A stretch of DNA of 51,796 nt from Acidimicrobiia bacterium (GCA_030431785.1 JAUIIM010000005.1:1-51796); one strand, 5' to 3'. Positions 30,925-40,533 are shown, counted from the first letter of the stretch. The notes: generated by a model from the sequence alone, not told the origin. A program made the numbers and translations.

Positions 30925-31728
30925 CTAGTTCTCAAGGCCGCAGGCGTGCTCGCACAACAGAGGGTTCACATTGTGGAATCGGCCGTATACGTTCTCGACG
31001 CCCGGCACGACCCATGCATGCACCATCCACAGGTTCTCGCCGTTCAGCCAATCACCAGCACACTCGTCGGGCTGGAGGTTCTCGTCGAGGATCATCCCGT
31101 CCATGAAACAGACCCCGCGGTGACGGTGCCAGTGGTCGAGATCCCCGGCGAACCCCTCGGGCGGCCCATCCGAGGTGACCCAATAGGAGAAGGCGATCAA
31201 CTCGGGACCTTCGCCGTAGACGAGCTCGTCGACGAGGACTTGCGACGGCCGGGCAGGGTCGAACGGCAAATTCACGAGGTCCCAATTCGTCCAGTGTTCG
31301 CCGGCACCGTCCGTTTCCCCGGACGAACGTACGAATCCCATCTCTTCGAGTTGGTCGAGCGTTGCGTGGTGCTTTGCCGCTTCTACGGCCGCTTGCCACT
31401 GTTCGTCGAACAGTGCCTGCTCCTCGGGCGTCAGTTCGGTCGAGGTTTCGCCGTGGTCGTGATCATGTTGGAGATCAGCTGCCGGGATGGGTGCGCTCTG
31501 GGCCCTCGCGACCTTGGCGAGTGCGACCGCGGCCTCGAATGGCATCCCCGAGCGGTCGACGCCGTCCTTGAGCAACTCGGCGCCGGCTTGTGCCTCCTTG
31601 GCATCAGCGGCGAAGGAGACCGCGGTGAATCCGGCGACGAGCGCTGTTGCGATGAGTGCCAGCGCCGCCCATCGACTCATCGTCCCGCGTGGACGTGATG
31701 GGGGGTCGTTCGGCGATACGTCGGTCAC
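30925..31728 (-). CDS. Exported His/Cys-rich hypothetical protein
   Basis: Hydrophobic N-terminus; HDHDH, WHRHRGVC and WMVHAW motifs; TAGAAT-6nt-GTG leaderless start; 11 bp from copCD. Confidence 0.7.
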   Translation of the reverse strand: MTDVSPNDPPSRPRGTMSRWAALALIATALVAGFTAVSFAADAKEAQAGAELLKDGVDRSGMPFEAAVALAKVARAQSAPIPAADLQHDHDHGETSTELTPEEQALFDEQWQAAVEAAKHHATLDQLEEMGFVRSSGETDGAGEHWTNWDLVNLPFDPARPSQVLVDELVYGEGPELIAFSYWVTSDGPPEGFAGDLDHWHRHRGVCFMDGMILDENLQPDECAGDWLNGENLWMVHAWVVPGVENVYGRFHNVNPLLCEHACGLEN

Positions 31729-31811
31729 GAGTCCATTCTATCCAAGTGACACCGAAGCCCCGGCAGACGCCCCGGGGCTATCGTGCGGGGTGACACACCA
31801 CGAGGCGCACC

Positions 31812-32876
31812 ATGGCGGACAGTGAGACAGCGGACCGGAAGAGCTTGCTATCACGCGTCACGGGACGGGCGACCGATGTGGTCATGGATGCCGTCGACCC
31901 GGACGAAGTGCTCGATCGCATCGATGTCAACGCACTGTTGGACAGAGTTGATCCGAATGCCCTGCTCGACCGTGTCGATCCGAATAAGCTCCTCGATCGT
32001 GTCGACCCCAACGCACTGCTGGATCGCGTGGATCCGAACGCCCTGCTCGACCGTGTGGATGTCGACCGGCTGATGAACCGCGTCGACGTGGACGCTCTGC
32101 TCGATCGTGTGGATGTCGAGCGATTGGTCGACCGGGCTGGCATCGCCGACATCGTACGCGAAAGCACCGGAGCGTTGGCTGGTTCGGCTCTTGACGTGTT
32201 CCGTCGCCAGCTTGTCGCCCTTGATCAGATCGTCGGTCGCACCACCTTTCGCATGATCGGCCGTGACCCGAAGACCCGTCCGCAGTTCCCGGCGGACCTT
32301 GAGGTCCCGTCAGGCACGGATGAAGGAGGTCGCGGGCAGGTCACCGGACACTTCGCAGGTCCGATCACGCGACTCGTGGCGTTCGCCGCTGATGTCCTCG
32401 TCGTCTGGATGCTCATGATCCTGATCGGTGTCGCTGTCGCCTTCGTCGGGGGGCTCTTCGGCTATTCGCTGGATGAGCACGGTGCGGTCTACGGAACGCT
32501 TGCCCTGCTCACGTTCGGGACCCTCGTCCTCGTATACGGGACTGCCAGCTATGCCATCGCAGGCAAAACGGTTGGCATGAGCGTGTTGGGGCTTCGAGTA
32601 CTCGGTCATGACGGCGGTGGCCTGAACGGATGGGCGGCACTCCGTCGGACGTTCGTGCTCCCATTCTCGGTACTCGTCTTCGGGCTCGGGTGTATCGGGA
32701 TCATCACGAGTCCGGAGCGCCGGACCCTGCACGATGTCGCTGCGAACTCAGTGGTCGTCTACGACTGGGGTGATCGTCCCGCCGAGATGCCGGCCCCGAT
32801 CACGCAATGGATCGACCAGCACGGTGGAGTCGAGGACAGCCTCGTGGCAGGGACCGACGTCAGCGACGACGGCTGA
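31812..32876 (+). CDS. RDD family membrane protein with N-terminal 9-aa repeats
   Basis: AGPITRLVAFAAD, GKTVGMSVLGLRV and RRTLHDVAANSVVV motifs; (V/I)DPNALLDR repeats. Confidence 0.85.
   Translation: MADSETADRKSLLSRVTGRATDVVMDAVDPDEVLDRIDVNALLDRVDPNALLDRVDPNKLLDRVDPNALLDRVDPNALLDRVDVDRLMNRVDVDALLDRVDVERLVDRAGIADIVRESTGALAGSALDVFRRQLVALDQIVGRTTFRMIGRDPKTRPQFPADLEVPSGTDEGGRGQVTGHFAGPITRLVAFAADVLVVWMLMILIGVAVAFVGGLFGYSLDEHGAVYGTLALLTFGTLVLVYGTASYAIAGKTVGMSVLGLRVLGHDGGGLNGWAALRRTFVLPFSVLVFGLGCIGIITSPERRTLHDVAANSVVVYDWGDRPAEMPAPITQWIDQHGGVEDSLVAGTDVSDDG
31893..32135 (+). repeat. Coding 27-bp repeat x9 (VDPNALLDR)
   Basis: Nine 9-aa units with synonymous DNA divergence. Confidence 0.9.
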
Positions 32877-35562
32877 TCGCCTTCTGGATCTCGACGGCTG
32901 CCATCACGATGAACGCTCCTGCGATGGCGAGCCCGAAGTGAGCCGGGTCGAGCGGCACCGTCCCGAAGACCTCCTGGAGGAACGGCACGTAGAGGATCGC
33001 GAGGTGTGCGACGATGCCGATGGCGACGGCTCCCAGCATCGCTCGGTTGGTCATGAGCCCGATCGACAGCAACGACTCCCGGTCACTCCGCACCTCGAGG
33101 GCCAGACCGAGTTGGCCGAAGATCAGCACTGTGAACAGAACGGACTGCCAGGTCTCGTCGTTGGCTTCGAACAGCCACCAGCCGGCGGCCAAGCTCACGA
33201 TCGACAGGATGATGCCGAAGATGCCGATGAACGGCACTGTGCCACCGCCGAAGATCGATTCTGTCGCCGATCGCGGCGGCCGCTTCATGACATCGCGCTC
33301 GGCTGGTTCGACACCGAGCGCGAGGGCGGGAAGGCCGTCGGTTACGAGGTTCATCCACAGGATCTGGAGGGCGAGAAGGGGGAGCGGTAGACCCAGGAAC
33401 GGCCCGATCAGCATGACAAGGATCTCGGACGTGTTGCACGTGAGCAGGTACTTGATGAACTTGCGGATGTTGTCGTAGACGACCCGCCCCTCTTTGACGG
33501 CGGCGACGATCGTCGCATAGTTGTCGTCGAGCAGCACCATGTCGGCAGCCTGCTTCGAGACGTCGGTGCCGGTGATCCCCATCGCGATTCCGATATCGGC
33601 CTTCTTGAGCGCTGGAGCGTCGTTGACGCCGTCACCGGTCATCGCGACGAGCTGGCCACCCTCCTGGAGCGACGAGATCAACTGGAGCTTGTGCTCCGGG
33701 GACACTCGTGCGAACACATTCACGCCTTCGGCGGCAGTCCGCCGTTCGGCATCATCCATCCGATCGAGATCGTGCCCGATGAGCACCTCGTCGCTTTCGG
33801 TGACCCCGATCGACTGTGCGATGTGGCGGGCTGTGAGCGGGTGGTCGCCAGTGATCATGACCGGGCGGATGCCGGCTGAACGGGTGTCGGCGATGGCACC
33901 CGGTACGGCTTCGCGCGGTGGGTCGATGAGTCCGAACATGCCCACGAAGATCAGGTCCTCCTCGACACCCTCCGTCTGGGGCGAGTCGAGTGGCCGCATC
34001 GCAAGACCGAGGATCCGCATGCCTTTCGATGCGAGACCTTCCTCCGCATCCGTGATCCGGGTCCGCCACGTGTCGTCGATGTCCACGACTTGACCTTGGA
34101 CCCACACACGGTTCGTGTGTTCGAGTATCCCGGCCACGGCTCCCTTCGTGAGCGCGATGTACGCCGGGCGGGCCTCGCCGAGGTCGCGGAACAGATCCTC
34201 AAGCTGGTCGGGTACCACCGCGATATCGGTCGGAGTGCGATGAACCGTCGTCATCCGTTTCCGACCGGAGTCGAACGGCACTTCGCCGACACGCGGCATC
34301 GCGTTCTCCACGGTCGACTTGTCGAGTCCGACCCGTGCTCCGGCGATGACGAGCGCCCCTTCGGTCGGGTCACCGACCGCAGTGAGATCTGGTCCGCTGG
34401 TCAGCGTCGCGTCATTGCAGAGAAGTCCGGTGAGGAGGGCGAGCTCGACCGTCGGTGCGTGTCCGGTCTCGATGGGGTCGTCGTCATCGGTCAGGTCGAG
34501 GCGGTTCTCGGCGACGTCGAGCACCACGGCGGTCATCCGATTCTCGGTGAGGGTTCCGGTCTTGTCCGTGCCGATCACACTCACCGAGCCGAGCGTCTCG
34601 ACGGCGGGCAGGCGTCTGATGAGTGCTTGTCGTTTGAGCATCCGCTGCGCTCCGAGCGACAGCGCGATGGTGACGACTGCCGGCATGGCTTCCGGGATTG
34701 CAGCGACGGCGAGACTCACCGACGTGAGGAGTAGCTCCTCGATCTCGTCGCCGCGCAGCAAACCCATGACGAAGACCAACAGGACGAGCACCCCGGCTGC
34801 GGCAGCGAGGATCTTGCCGAGCTGGTCGAGTCGTTCCTGAAGCGGTGTCCGACTCTCGACGACGGACTCGATCATCGTTGCGATTCGGCCGAGTTCGGTT
34901 TCCATGCCGGTGGCAGTGACGAGCAGTTCCCCTCGCCCTCTGGTGACCGTCGTACCCGAATAGACCATGTTGCGTCGCTCGGCGAGGGCCCGAGGGGACT
35001 CGAACACGATGTCGGCGTCCTTGTTCACGGGTTCGGACTCGCCGGTCAACGCCGCCTCCTCGATCTGGAGGTTGGAGGAGTCGACGAGTCGTCCATCCGC
35101 GGGAACCACGTTCCCCGCTTCGAGCAGAACCCGATCGCCGGGAACGAGATCGGTCGACGGGATCTCCTGAACAGCGCCGTCTCTGCGGACCCGGACGGAT
35201 GGCACCGCCATCTGGCGGAGTGCGGTCATCGCCTCTTCCGCACGGCTCTCCTGTACGTAGCCCATGACCGCGTTGAGGATGATGATGGCGACGATCGCCA
35301 CGGCCTCGATCCAGTCACCCAGGGCGCCGGAGATCACGGCGGCAGCAACCAGCACGTAGGTCAGGAAGCCTCGGAACTGGGCGACGAAGATCTGCAGCTT
35401 GCTGTGCCCGGCCTCTTCGCGTATCTCGTTCGGTCCGACCGCGGCAAGACGCTGTCGTGCGGTGGCGTCGGTGAGACCCGCTGCGGGTGAACTGAGCTCG
35501 TCGACCGCGGCATCAGCGGCGACGAGGGACCAGTCGGTCGGTTCTAGGTCGAGGTGCTCCAC
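32860..35562 (-). CDS. Cation-translocating P-type ATPase (P2A/Ca2+-type)
   Basis: LTGES, AIPEAMP, DKTGTLT, MITGD, MTGDGVNDAPAL and QILWMNLVTD motifs. Confidence 0.95.
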   Translation of the reverse strand: MEHLDLEPTDWSLVAADAAVDELSSPAAGLTDATARQRLAAVGPNEIREEAGHSKLQIFVAQFRGFLTYVLVAAAVISGALGDWIEAVAIVAIIILNAVMGYVQESRAEEAMTALRQMAVPSVRVRRDGAVQEIPSTDLVPGDRVLLEAGNVVPADGRLVDSSNLQIEEAALTGESEPVNKDADIVFESPRALAERRNMVYSGTTVTRGRGELLVTATGMETELGRIATMIESVVESRTPLQERLDQLGKILAAAAGVLVLLVFVMGLLRGDEIEELLLTSVSLAVAAIPEAMPAVVTIALSLGAQRMLKRQALIRRLPAVETLGSVSVIGTDKTGTLTENRMTAVVLDVAENRLDLTDDDDPIETGHAPTVELALLTGLLCNDATLTSGPDLTAVGDPTEGALVIAGARVGLDKSTVENAMPRVGEVPFDSGRKRMTTVHRTPTDIAVVPDQLEDLFRDLGEARPAYIALTKGAVAGILEHTNRVWVQGQVVDIDDTWRTRITDAEEGLASKGMRILGLAMRPLDSPQTEGVEEDLIFVGMFGLIDPPREAVPGAIADTRSAGIRPVMITGDHPLTARHIAQSIGVTESDEVLIGHDLDRMDDAERRTAAEGVNVFARVSPEHKLQLISSLQEGGQLVAMTGDGVNDAPALKKADIGIAMGITGTDVSKQAADMVLLDDNYATIVAAVKEGRVVYDNIRKFIKYLLTCNTSEILVMLIGPFLGLPLPLLALQILWMNLVTDGLPALALGVEPAERDVMKRPPRSATESIFGGGTVPFIGIFGIILSIVSLAAGWWLFEANDETWQSVLFTVLIFGQLGLALEVRSDRESLLSIGLMTNRAMLGAVAIGIVAHLAILYVPFLQEVFGTVPLDPAHFGLAIAGAFIVMAAVEIQKAISRRR

Positions 35563-35563
35563 A

Positions 35564-36718
35564 TCACTCCACAGTCAGTTGGTCCCAAAGATCCTGTTCT
35601 GCCAGATCGATCGTCGTCCACGCCATTGCGAGCGCTCCATCCCGGATCGTCTCCATGCCCTTCGGTGTCAGGGTGGCTGCGGCGAACTCCCGTTGGTGGT
35701 TGACCGCCGGAGCACAATCGATTCCGAGCATCGGGTGGATCGACGGAACCTCGTACGACACGTTGCCCATGTCGGTCGATCCCGAGGTCTTGCTCTCAGT
35801 GTCCGCATACCAAGGCATCGTTCGTCCGAGCGCTTCCGAGTTGTCTGCGTACAGCTTCGTCATGACCGGATTGGACTTGATGTCCTTGTACTTGTGCCCA
35901 CTGGGGATCAATTCATACGTGCAACCGGTGGCGTCAGCTGCTGCAGCGAAACATGCCGTGACCTTCTCGTAGAGCACTTCGAGCCGCTCATCGGTGGCAG
36001 CGCGCACGTACCAACTCATCCGCGTGTAATCGGGGATGATGTTGGGAGCGGCACCACCGTGGGTGATGATTCCGTGGATGCGGTCGTTGTCGAGAATCTG
36101 TTGTCGGAGCAGTCCGACGTTGGTGTAGGCGAGCACGGCCGCATCCAGAGCGTTGTTGCCTTGATCGGGGGAAGCTGAGGCATGGGCCGCCTTCCCGCGG
36201 AACTCGACATCGATGTGATAGATCGCCAACGCCCGTGGATCGACGAGGTCTTCCGGGGTCGGGTGGATCATCATCGACGCCGCACAGTCCTCGAATGCTC
36301 CGGCATCGATGAGATCGACCTTGCCGCCAAAGTGCTCCTCGGCCGGAGTACCGAGCACCGTCACCCGAATGCCGAGTTCGTCGGCGAGCGGGGCGAGCGC
36401 CAGACCAGCACCGATACCGGCGGTCGCGATGATGTTGTGGCCACAGGCATGACCGACTTCGGGAAGCGCATCCATCTCGGCACAGATGACGACACGGGGG
36501 CCCGACGAACCGACATCGGCGCGAAACGCCGTGTCAAGTCCATACGCAGGACGTTCGACGGTGAAACCGCCTGCTTCGAGCGCGGCCGCCATGCGGGCGG
36601 ACGTTTCATGTTCTTCATAGGCGAGTTCCGGATGTTCGTACATCCAACGGGAGAGCTCTTCGAGCGCCTCTCGATGCTCTTCAAATCGTGCTTCTGCCCG
36701 TTGCTTGCTGTCGGTCAT
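35564..36718 (-). CDS. M20 family amidohydrolase/peptidase (ACY1L2-like)
   Basis: PELAYEE, AEMDAL, GHACGHN, GTPAEE and GSTDMGNVS motifs; start MTDSK after agaggag. Confidence 0.9.
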   Translation of the reverse strand: MTDSKQRAEARFEEHREALEELSRWMYEHPELAYEEHETSARMAAALEAGGFTVERPAYGLDTAFRADVGSSGPRVVICAEMDALPEVGHACGHNIIATAGIGAGLALAPLADELGIRVTVLGTPAEEHFGGKVDLIDAGAFEDCAASMMIHPTPEDLVDPRALAIYHIDVEFRGKAAHASASPDQGNNALDAAVLAYTNVGLLRQQILDNDRIHGIITHGGAAPNIIPDYTRMSWYVRAATDERLEVLYEKVTACFAAAADATGCTYELIPSGHKYKDIKSNPVMTKLYADNSEALGRTMPWYADTESKTSGSTDMGNVSYEVPSIHPMLGIDCAPAVNHQREFAAATLTPKGMETIRDGALAMAWTTIDLAEQDLWDQLTVE

Positions 36719-36838
36719 CGGTGCGCTCCTCTGGAATACCGTACTCGTCGTGCTCGTTCGCATTCTGTGACCGCGGCGGCACCTATGTCGCAACGAAGTA
36801 CCGCAGTCGACATAGGCTGGCTGCTGAGAGGAGCACGA

Positions 36839-37189
36839 ATGGGCCACTACCACGACGAAGCACAGCGCTACAGCGAGACGGCCGGTGAGTTGCGGAAGCT
36901 GATCCCCGGTACCTATGACGGATACCGGGAGATGCACAAAGAAGCGATCTCGGACGGGGAGCTCTCAAAGGGCGTGAAGGAACTCATCGCTCTCTCCTAC
37001 GGCATCGCCGAGCGATGCGACAACTGCATCGCAAGCCACGCACGTGGGGCCGCTCGGGCTGGCGTGACCGAGCAGCAGGTCGCCGAGGCCATCTCCGTCG
37101 CCATCATGATGCAGGGCGGACCGGGCACCGTGTACGGCGCCAAAGCGTTTGAAGCGTTCAAAGAGTTCGCGGAGAAGTATCAATCGTGA
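36839..37189 (+). CDS. Carboxymuconolactone decarboxylase/AhpD family protein
   Basis: KELIAL, RCDNCIASH and MMQGGPG motifs; RBS gaggag. Confidence 0.9.
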   Translation: MGHYHDEAQRYSETAGELRKLIPGTYDGYREMHKEAISDGELSKGVKELIALSYGIAERCDNCIASHARGAARAGVTEQQVAEAISVAIMMQGGPGTVYGAKAFEAFKEFAEKYQS

Positions 37190-38121
37190 CGATGCTCGCT
37201 TCCGCCGTGCTCGCGGCGATTCCGTCGCCGTCCCAGAACACGATCGAGATCGGGCCCCTCACGATCCATTTCTACGGGATCCTCATCGCGCTGGGTGTGA
37301 TCGTCGCGATCGTCGTCTCGCGTCATCGGTACGTGCGCTTCGGTGGCTCCGGCCAGGTCTTCGAGCGGGTCGCGATCTGGGCGGTCGTCATCGGGTTCCT
37401 CGGTGCCCGTCTTGCGTATGTCTCGACCCACACCGCGCGGTTCACCGACCGACCGTGGGCGATCTTCTTCATCTGGGAAGGTGGGCTGGCGCTCTACGGA
37501 GGGATCGTGTTGGGTGCGATCACGATCATCTACCTCATGAATCGATGGGATGGGGACATCTTTGCGGCGGGCGATGCGATCGCTGTGGGTCTTCCCCTGG
37601 CGCAAGCGATCGGCCGCTGGGGCAACTACTTCAACCAGGAGCTGTTCGGGACTCCGTCCGATCTCCCCTGGGCGATCATGATCGACCCGGCGAATCGACC
37701 GCCCGAGTACATCAACTATGAGACCTTCCATCCGACCTTCCTCTATGAGTCGCTCTGGAACGCCCTCATCCTCGTTCCGCTCATCTTGGTCCTCGAGCGC
37801 GCCGGCAAGCTGTACAAAGGCGCCTCATGGGGCATCTACGTGGCGATGTACGCGGCGATCCGGTTTGCCATGGAGCTGCTGCGCACCGACACGACGTTCC
37901 GGTTCCTGGGACTGTCACGCAATGGTTGGGTGTCGATCGCAGGGATGATCTTCGGTGTCGCCTGGTTCTGGTGGTGTCAGAAGCGCGGCGAGAAGCGGAC
38001 GCTCGTCGGTGAGCCGACCCTGATGTCGCCGCAACCTGCAACGGTCGCGTCGGTCGCACACGAGTCCGACGATCCGAGCTCAGAGAATGGGTGGATCTCT
38101 ATCGACGTCGAGGAGGAGTGA
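37186..38121 (+). CDS. lgt: Prolipoprotein diacylglyceryl transferase
   Basis: HFYGILIA, GARLAYV, WEGGL, GRWGNYFNQELFG and HPTFLYE motifs. Confidence 0.95.
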   Translation: MTMLASAVLAAIPSPSQNTIEIGPLTIHFYGILIALGVIVAIVVSRHRYVRFGGSGQVFERVAIWAVVIGFLGARLAYVSTHTARFTDRPWAIFFIWEGGLALYGGIVLGAITIIYLMNRWDGDIFAAGDAIAVGLPLAQAIGRWGNYFNQELFGTPSDLPWAIMIDPANRPPEYINYETFHPTFLYESLWNALILVPLILVLERAGKLYKGASWGIYVAMYAAIRFAMELLRTDTTFRFLGLSRNGWVSIAGMIFGVAWFWWCQKRGEKRTLVGEPTLMSPQPATVASVAHESDDPSSENGWISIDVEEE

Positions 38122-38203
38122 CGGCGTCGCTGCAGTCGCGGACCCTCGGATCTCGATTGGCGTTTCTCTGAACTGGCCGGAGGTCTGATGCCCCTGTCGG
38201 CGG

Positions 38204-39127
38204 TCATTTTGTCAGCGGGATGGTGACCCCGGTCGTGGACTCCGACACCATCCACAGCGTCTTGATCGCTTCGTCGTTGCCACGGCGGAGGATGGGCACT
38301 CGTACCGGTTTGCCGAAGTTGATCCATCGGGGTGCGTAGAACTCGCCCCCTTTTGCCGTCGGGTCGGTTGCCGCACGCAGTTGGGGGAGTGCACCGCGCT
38401 CCGGGGGCATGCCCGTCGTCGCCGCGAGCCACTTGAAGAACTTCCCTGAAGAACCGGCGCCGCCCTCCTGTGCGGTGTGTACCTGCAGATTCGTGTTGGA
38501 CAGGCCCGGATGCGCTATGAGCGAACGCGCCTGCGCCCCGGCATCACGGAGCCTTGCGTCCAATCCGATGCCGAAGTGGTAGTTGGCCAGCTTCGAGCGC
38601 CCGTATGCCCCCCACGGGGAGTATTCGCCCTCCATGTCGATGTTCGTCGGGTCGACCGGTTTCCCCATGTGGTGAGCGGTGCTCGTCACCGTGACGATCC
38701 GTGCGCTGCCCGCTGTGAGGAGCGACGACATCAGCCCGGCGGTGAAGACCCAATGACCGAGGTGATTCACTCCGAACTGCATCTCGTACCCGTCAGCGGT
38801 CCGGCGCTCCGGCATCGCCATCAGCCCGGCGTTGTTGATGAGGATGTCGATCTCCGGGTGGGCGGCGGCGATGGAAGCGGCCGCCGTCTTCGTGCGTTCC
38901 AAAGATCCGAGATCGAGCTCGACGACTTCCAACGATGCTGCGGGATGATCGGACAGGACGTCCGCCTGTGCCGCCGCGGCTTTGGACTGGTTCCGCGCCG
39001 CCATCACGACATGTGCTCCCGCTCCGGCGAGTGCCCTCGTGGATTCGAGTCCGAGGCCACCGTTGGCGCCGGTGATGACGGCGACGTGCCCCGTCAGGTC
39101 GGGGATGTCGTTGGTCGTCCACGCCAT
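38204..39127 (-). CDS. SDR oxidoreductase (retinol dehydrogenase-like)
   Basis: TGANGGLG, INNAG, FGVNHLGH and YGRSK motifs. Confidence 0.93.
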   Translation of the reverse strand: MAWTTNDIPDLTGHVAVITGANGGLGLESTRALAGAGAHVVMAARNQSKAAAAQADVLSDHPAASLEVVELDLGSLERTKTAAASIAAAHPEIDILINNAGLMAMPERRTADGYEMQFGVNHLGHWVFTAGLMSSLLTAGSARIVTVTSTAHHMGKPVDPTNIDMEGEYSPWGAYGRSKLANYHFGIGLDARLRDAGAQARSLIAHPGLSNTNLQVHTAQEGGAGSSGKFFKWLAATTGMPPERGALPQLRAATDPTAKGGEFYAPRWINFGKPVRVPILRRGNDEAIKTLWMVSESTTGVTIPLTK

Positions 39128-39166
39128 TGGTGCCTCGCAATCGCTCGTCGGAACCTCAGGCTACGC

Positions 39167-39262
39167 GATGAGGGGACAGAAGGGATGAAGGGATGAAGGG
39201 ACAAAGGGACAAAGGACAGACGACCGATGGCGAGTGTTCTGTGTTCTGTGATCCGTCTTCTG
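39167..39262. repeat. 8-mer GATGAAGG/GACAAAGG array (left inverted arm) plus 7-mer GTGTTCT array
   Basis: gatgaagg gatgaagg gacaaagg gacaaag ...; gtgttct gtgttct gtgatcc gtcttct. Confidence 0.88.
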
Positions 39263-39265
39263 CTC

Positions 39266-39625
39266 TCAGTCTTCGTCGGATAGGGGTTGATGGAGTCCGA
39301 TCATGAGCCCGTTCGGGTCGGCGATGTACGCAGCGAGACCGACCCCCGGTATCTCGAACTTGGGGACGAGGATCTCGGCGCCCGCCGTCAGGGCCGTGGC
39401 GAGGGTGGCGGCGATGTCCTCGACGGAGATCACCGCCACGGTGATCGGCTCACCGTCTGGGGACTTGGTGATCCCGGTGTCGATGCCCGGTTCATCGCCG
39501 TGCGTCGCCACGAGATAATCCGGGTCACCCCACTCCTGGGGTTCCCAACCGAAGACCTTGTTGTAGAACGCACGGGATGCCTCGACATCGCCGACGTTGA
39601 ATTCCACATAGTTGACATAGGGCAT
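39266..39625 (-). CDS. VOC/glyoxalase family protein
   Basis: YVEFNVGD..SRAFYNKVFGW and IPGVG..AYIADPNG..IGLHQ motifs. Confidence 0.9.
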   Translation of the reverse strand: MPYVNYVEFNVGDVEASRAFYNKVFGWEPQEWGDPDYLVATHGDEPGIDTGITKSPDGEPITVAVISVEDIAATLATALTAGAEILVPKFEIPGVGLAAYIADPNGLMIGLHQPLSDED

Positions 39626-39627
39626 CG

Positions 39628-40071
39628 CTAGCTCCTGTTCTCTTCTACGTACGCGGCGAATGTGCCGAGGATCTCCTTCTGACCGGTTGAGTATCCCATC
39701 GCGGTCCCTTCGTCCGGGAGGTTCTCGTGTTCGACGATCACGGTGGTCGTGTCGCCGTCGCTCACGAAGCGGACGGTGACGATAGAGACTTCGGGCCAAT
39801 CGGCGACTTCCCACGAGTAGGCCACCTCGTCGTGGGGTTTCCAGACGCGAACGGTTCCGATCTGGTGTTCGGTGCCGTCGGACCAGGTCTCGTAGAACCG
39901 GCCCCCTTCTTCGGTTTCCATTGTCAGCGCCTCTGGTTCAATGCCTTCGGGGGCGAACGTGTACTTGTAGGTGCCGCGCCATGGCCACCACTCGCCGATC
40001 TTCTCCGTGTAGGCCGTGAAGACGGTTTCGCGGTCTGCCTGGATCGTCACCTTCTCACTGATCGTCGCCAT
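39628..40071 (-). CDS. SRPBCC/AHSA1 domain protein
   Basis: VFTAYTEKIGEWWP, GGRFYE, GTVRVW.P and TTVIVEH motifs. Confidence 0.88.
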   Translation of the reverse strand: MATISEKVTIQADRETVFTAYTEKIGEWWPWRGTYKYTFAPEGIEPEALTMETEEGGRFYETWSDGTEHQIGTVRVWKPHDEVAYSWEVADWPEVSIVTVRFVSDGDTTTVIVEHENLPDEGTAMGYSTGQKEILGTFAAYVEENRS

Positions 40072-40390
40072 GGGTTTCCTCCTCTACATAGGACTTGAGT
40101 GCGGTCAGTGCGGCTCCCCACATCGCTTGGACCTCATCGAGCCACTCGGTTGCCTCGTCGAAGGCGCCGTCTCTGACCGAATACCAGTTCTGCCTCCCCA
40201 CGCGTTCGCACTCGACGATCCCGGCGTCCCGGAGGACCCTCAAATGCTTCGAAACCGCCGGTCTCGAGATGTCGTAGGGATGGGAGATCTCACGGACGGT
40301 GGCTGGTCGTCGGATGAGATCACGAACGATGGATCTGCGCACGGGATCACCCAAGGCGGAGAACGTGCGATCAAGTGCAAGCGTCGTCAT
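40055..40390 (-). CDS. ArsR/SmtB family transcriptional regulator
   Basis: FSALGDPVRRSI and ISRPAVSKHLRVLRDAG motifs. Confidence 0.93.
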   Translation of the reverse strand: MTTLALDRTFSALGDPVRRSIVRDLIRRPATVREISHPYDISRPAVSKHLRVLRDAGIVECERVGRQNWYSVRDGAFDEATEWLDEVQAMWGAALTALKSYVEEETHGDDQ

Positions 40391-40396
40391 ACCCAA

Positions 40397-40425
40397 ATGG
40401 TAACCAACCGGTTACGGGTTGTCAA
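40397..40425 (-). promoter_or_regulatory. Sigma-A leaderless promoter with overlapping ArsR-type operator
   Basis: TTGACA-17-TACCAT-6-ATG; palindrome GTAACC-N4-GGTTAC at 40400-40415. Confidence 0.8.
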
Positions 40426-40446
40426 CCAAGAGACAACCACCAACAC

Positions 40447-40475
40447 TTGTCCTTTTGTCCCTTCATCCCTTCGTC
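40447..40475. repeat. Right inverted arm (CCTTCATC/CCTTTGTC 8-mers)
   Basis: Reverse complement matches 39184-39212 at 27/29 positions. Confidence 0.88.
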
Positions 40476-40493
40476 TTGCCTTCTTCCTCCCAG

Positions 40494-40532
40494 CAAGAGA
40501 AGCGGAGGCCGTTCCCGGCCCCCGCTTCTTTT
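40494..40532 (-). terminator. Hairpin terminator candidate after the SPFH gene
   Basis: caagagaagcgg(a)ggcc-gttccc-ggcc(c)ccgcttcttttg. Confidence 0.6.
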
Positions 40533-40533
40533 G

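Noticed and set aside
31756-31779. Hairpin agccccgg/ccggggct as a terminator
   Set aside because: It lies between divergent starts, has only an 8-bp GC stem and no U tract; plausible by chance.
39184-40475. Classical IS or composite transposon
   Set aside because: No transposase inside or nearby and no target-site duplication seen; kept only as a hypothesised cassette.
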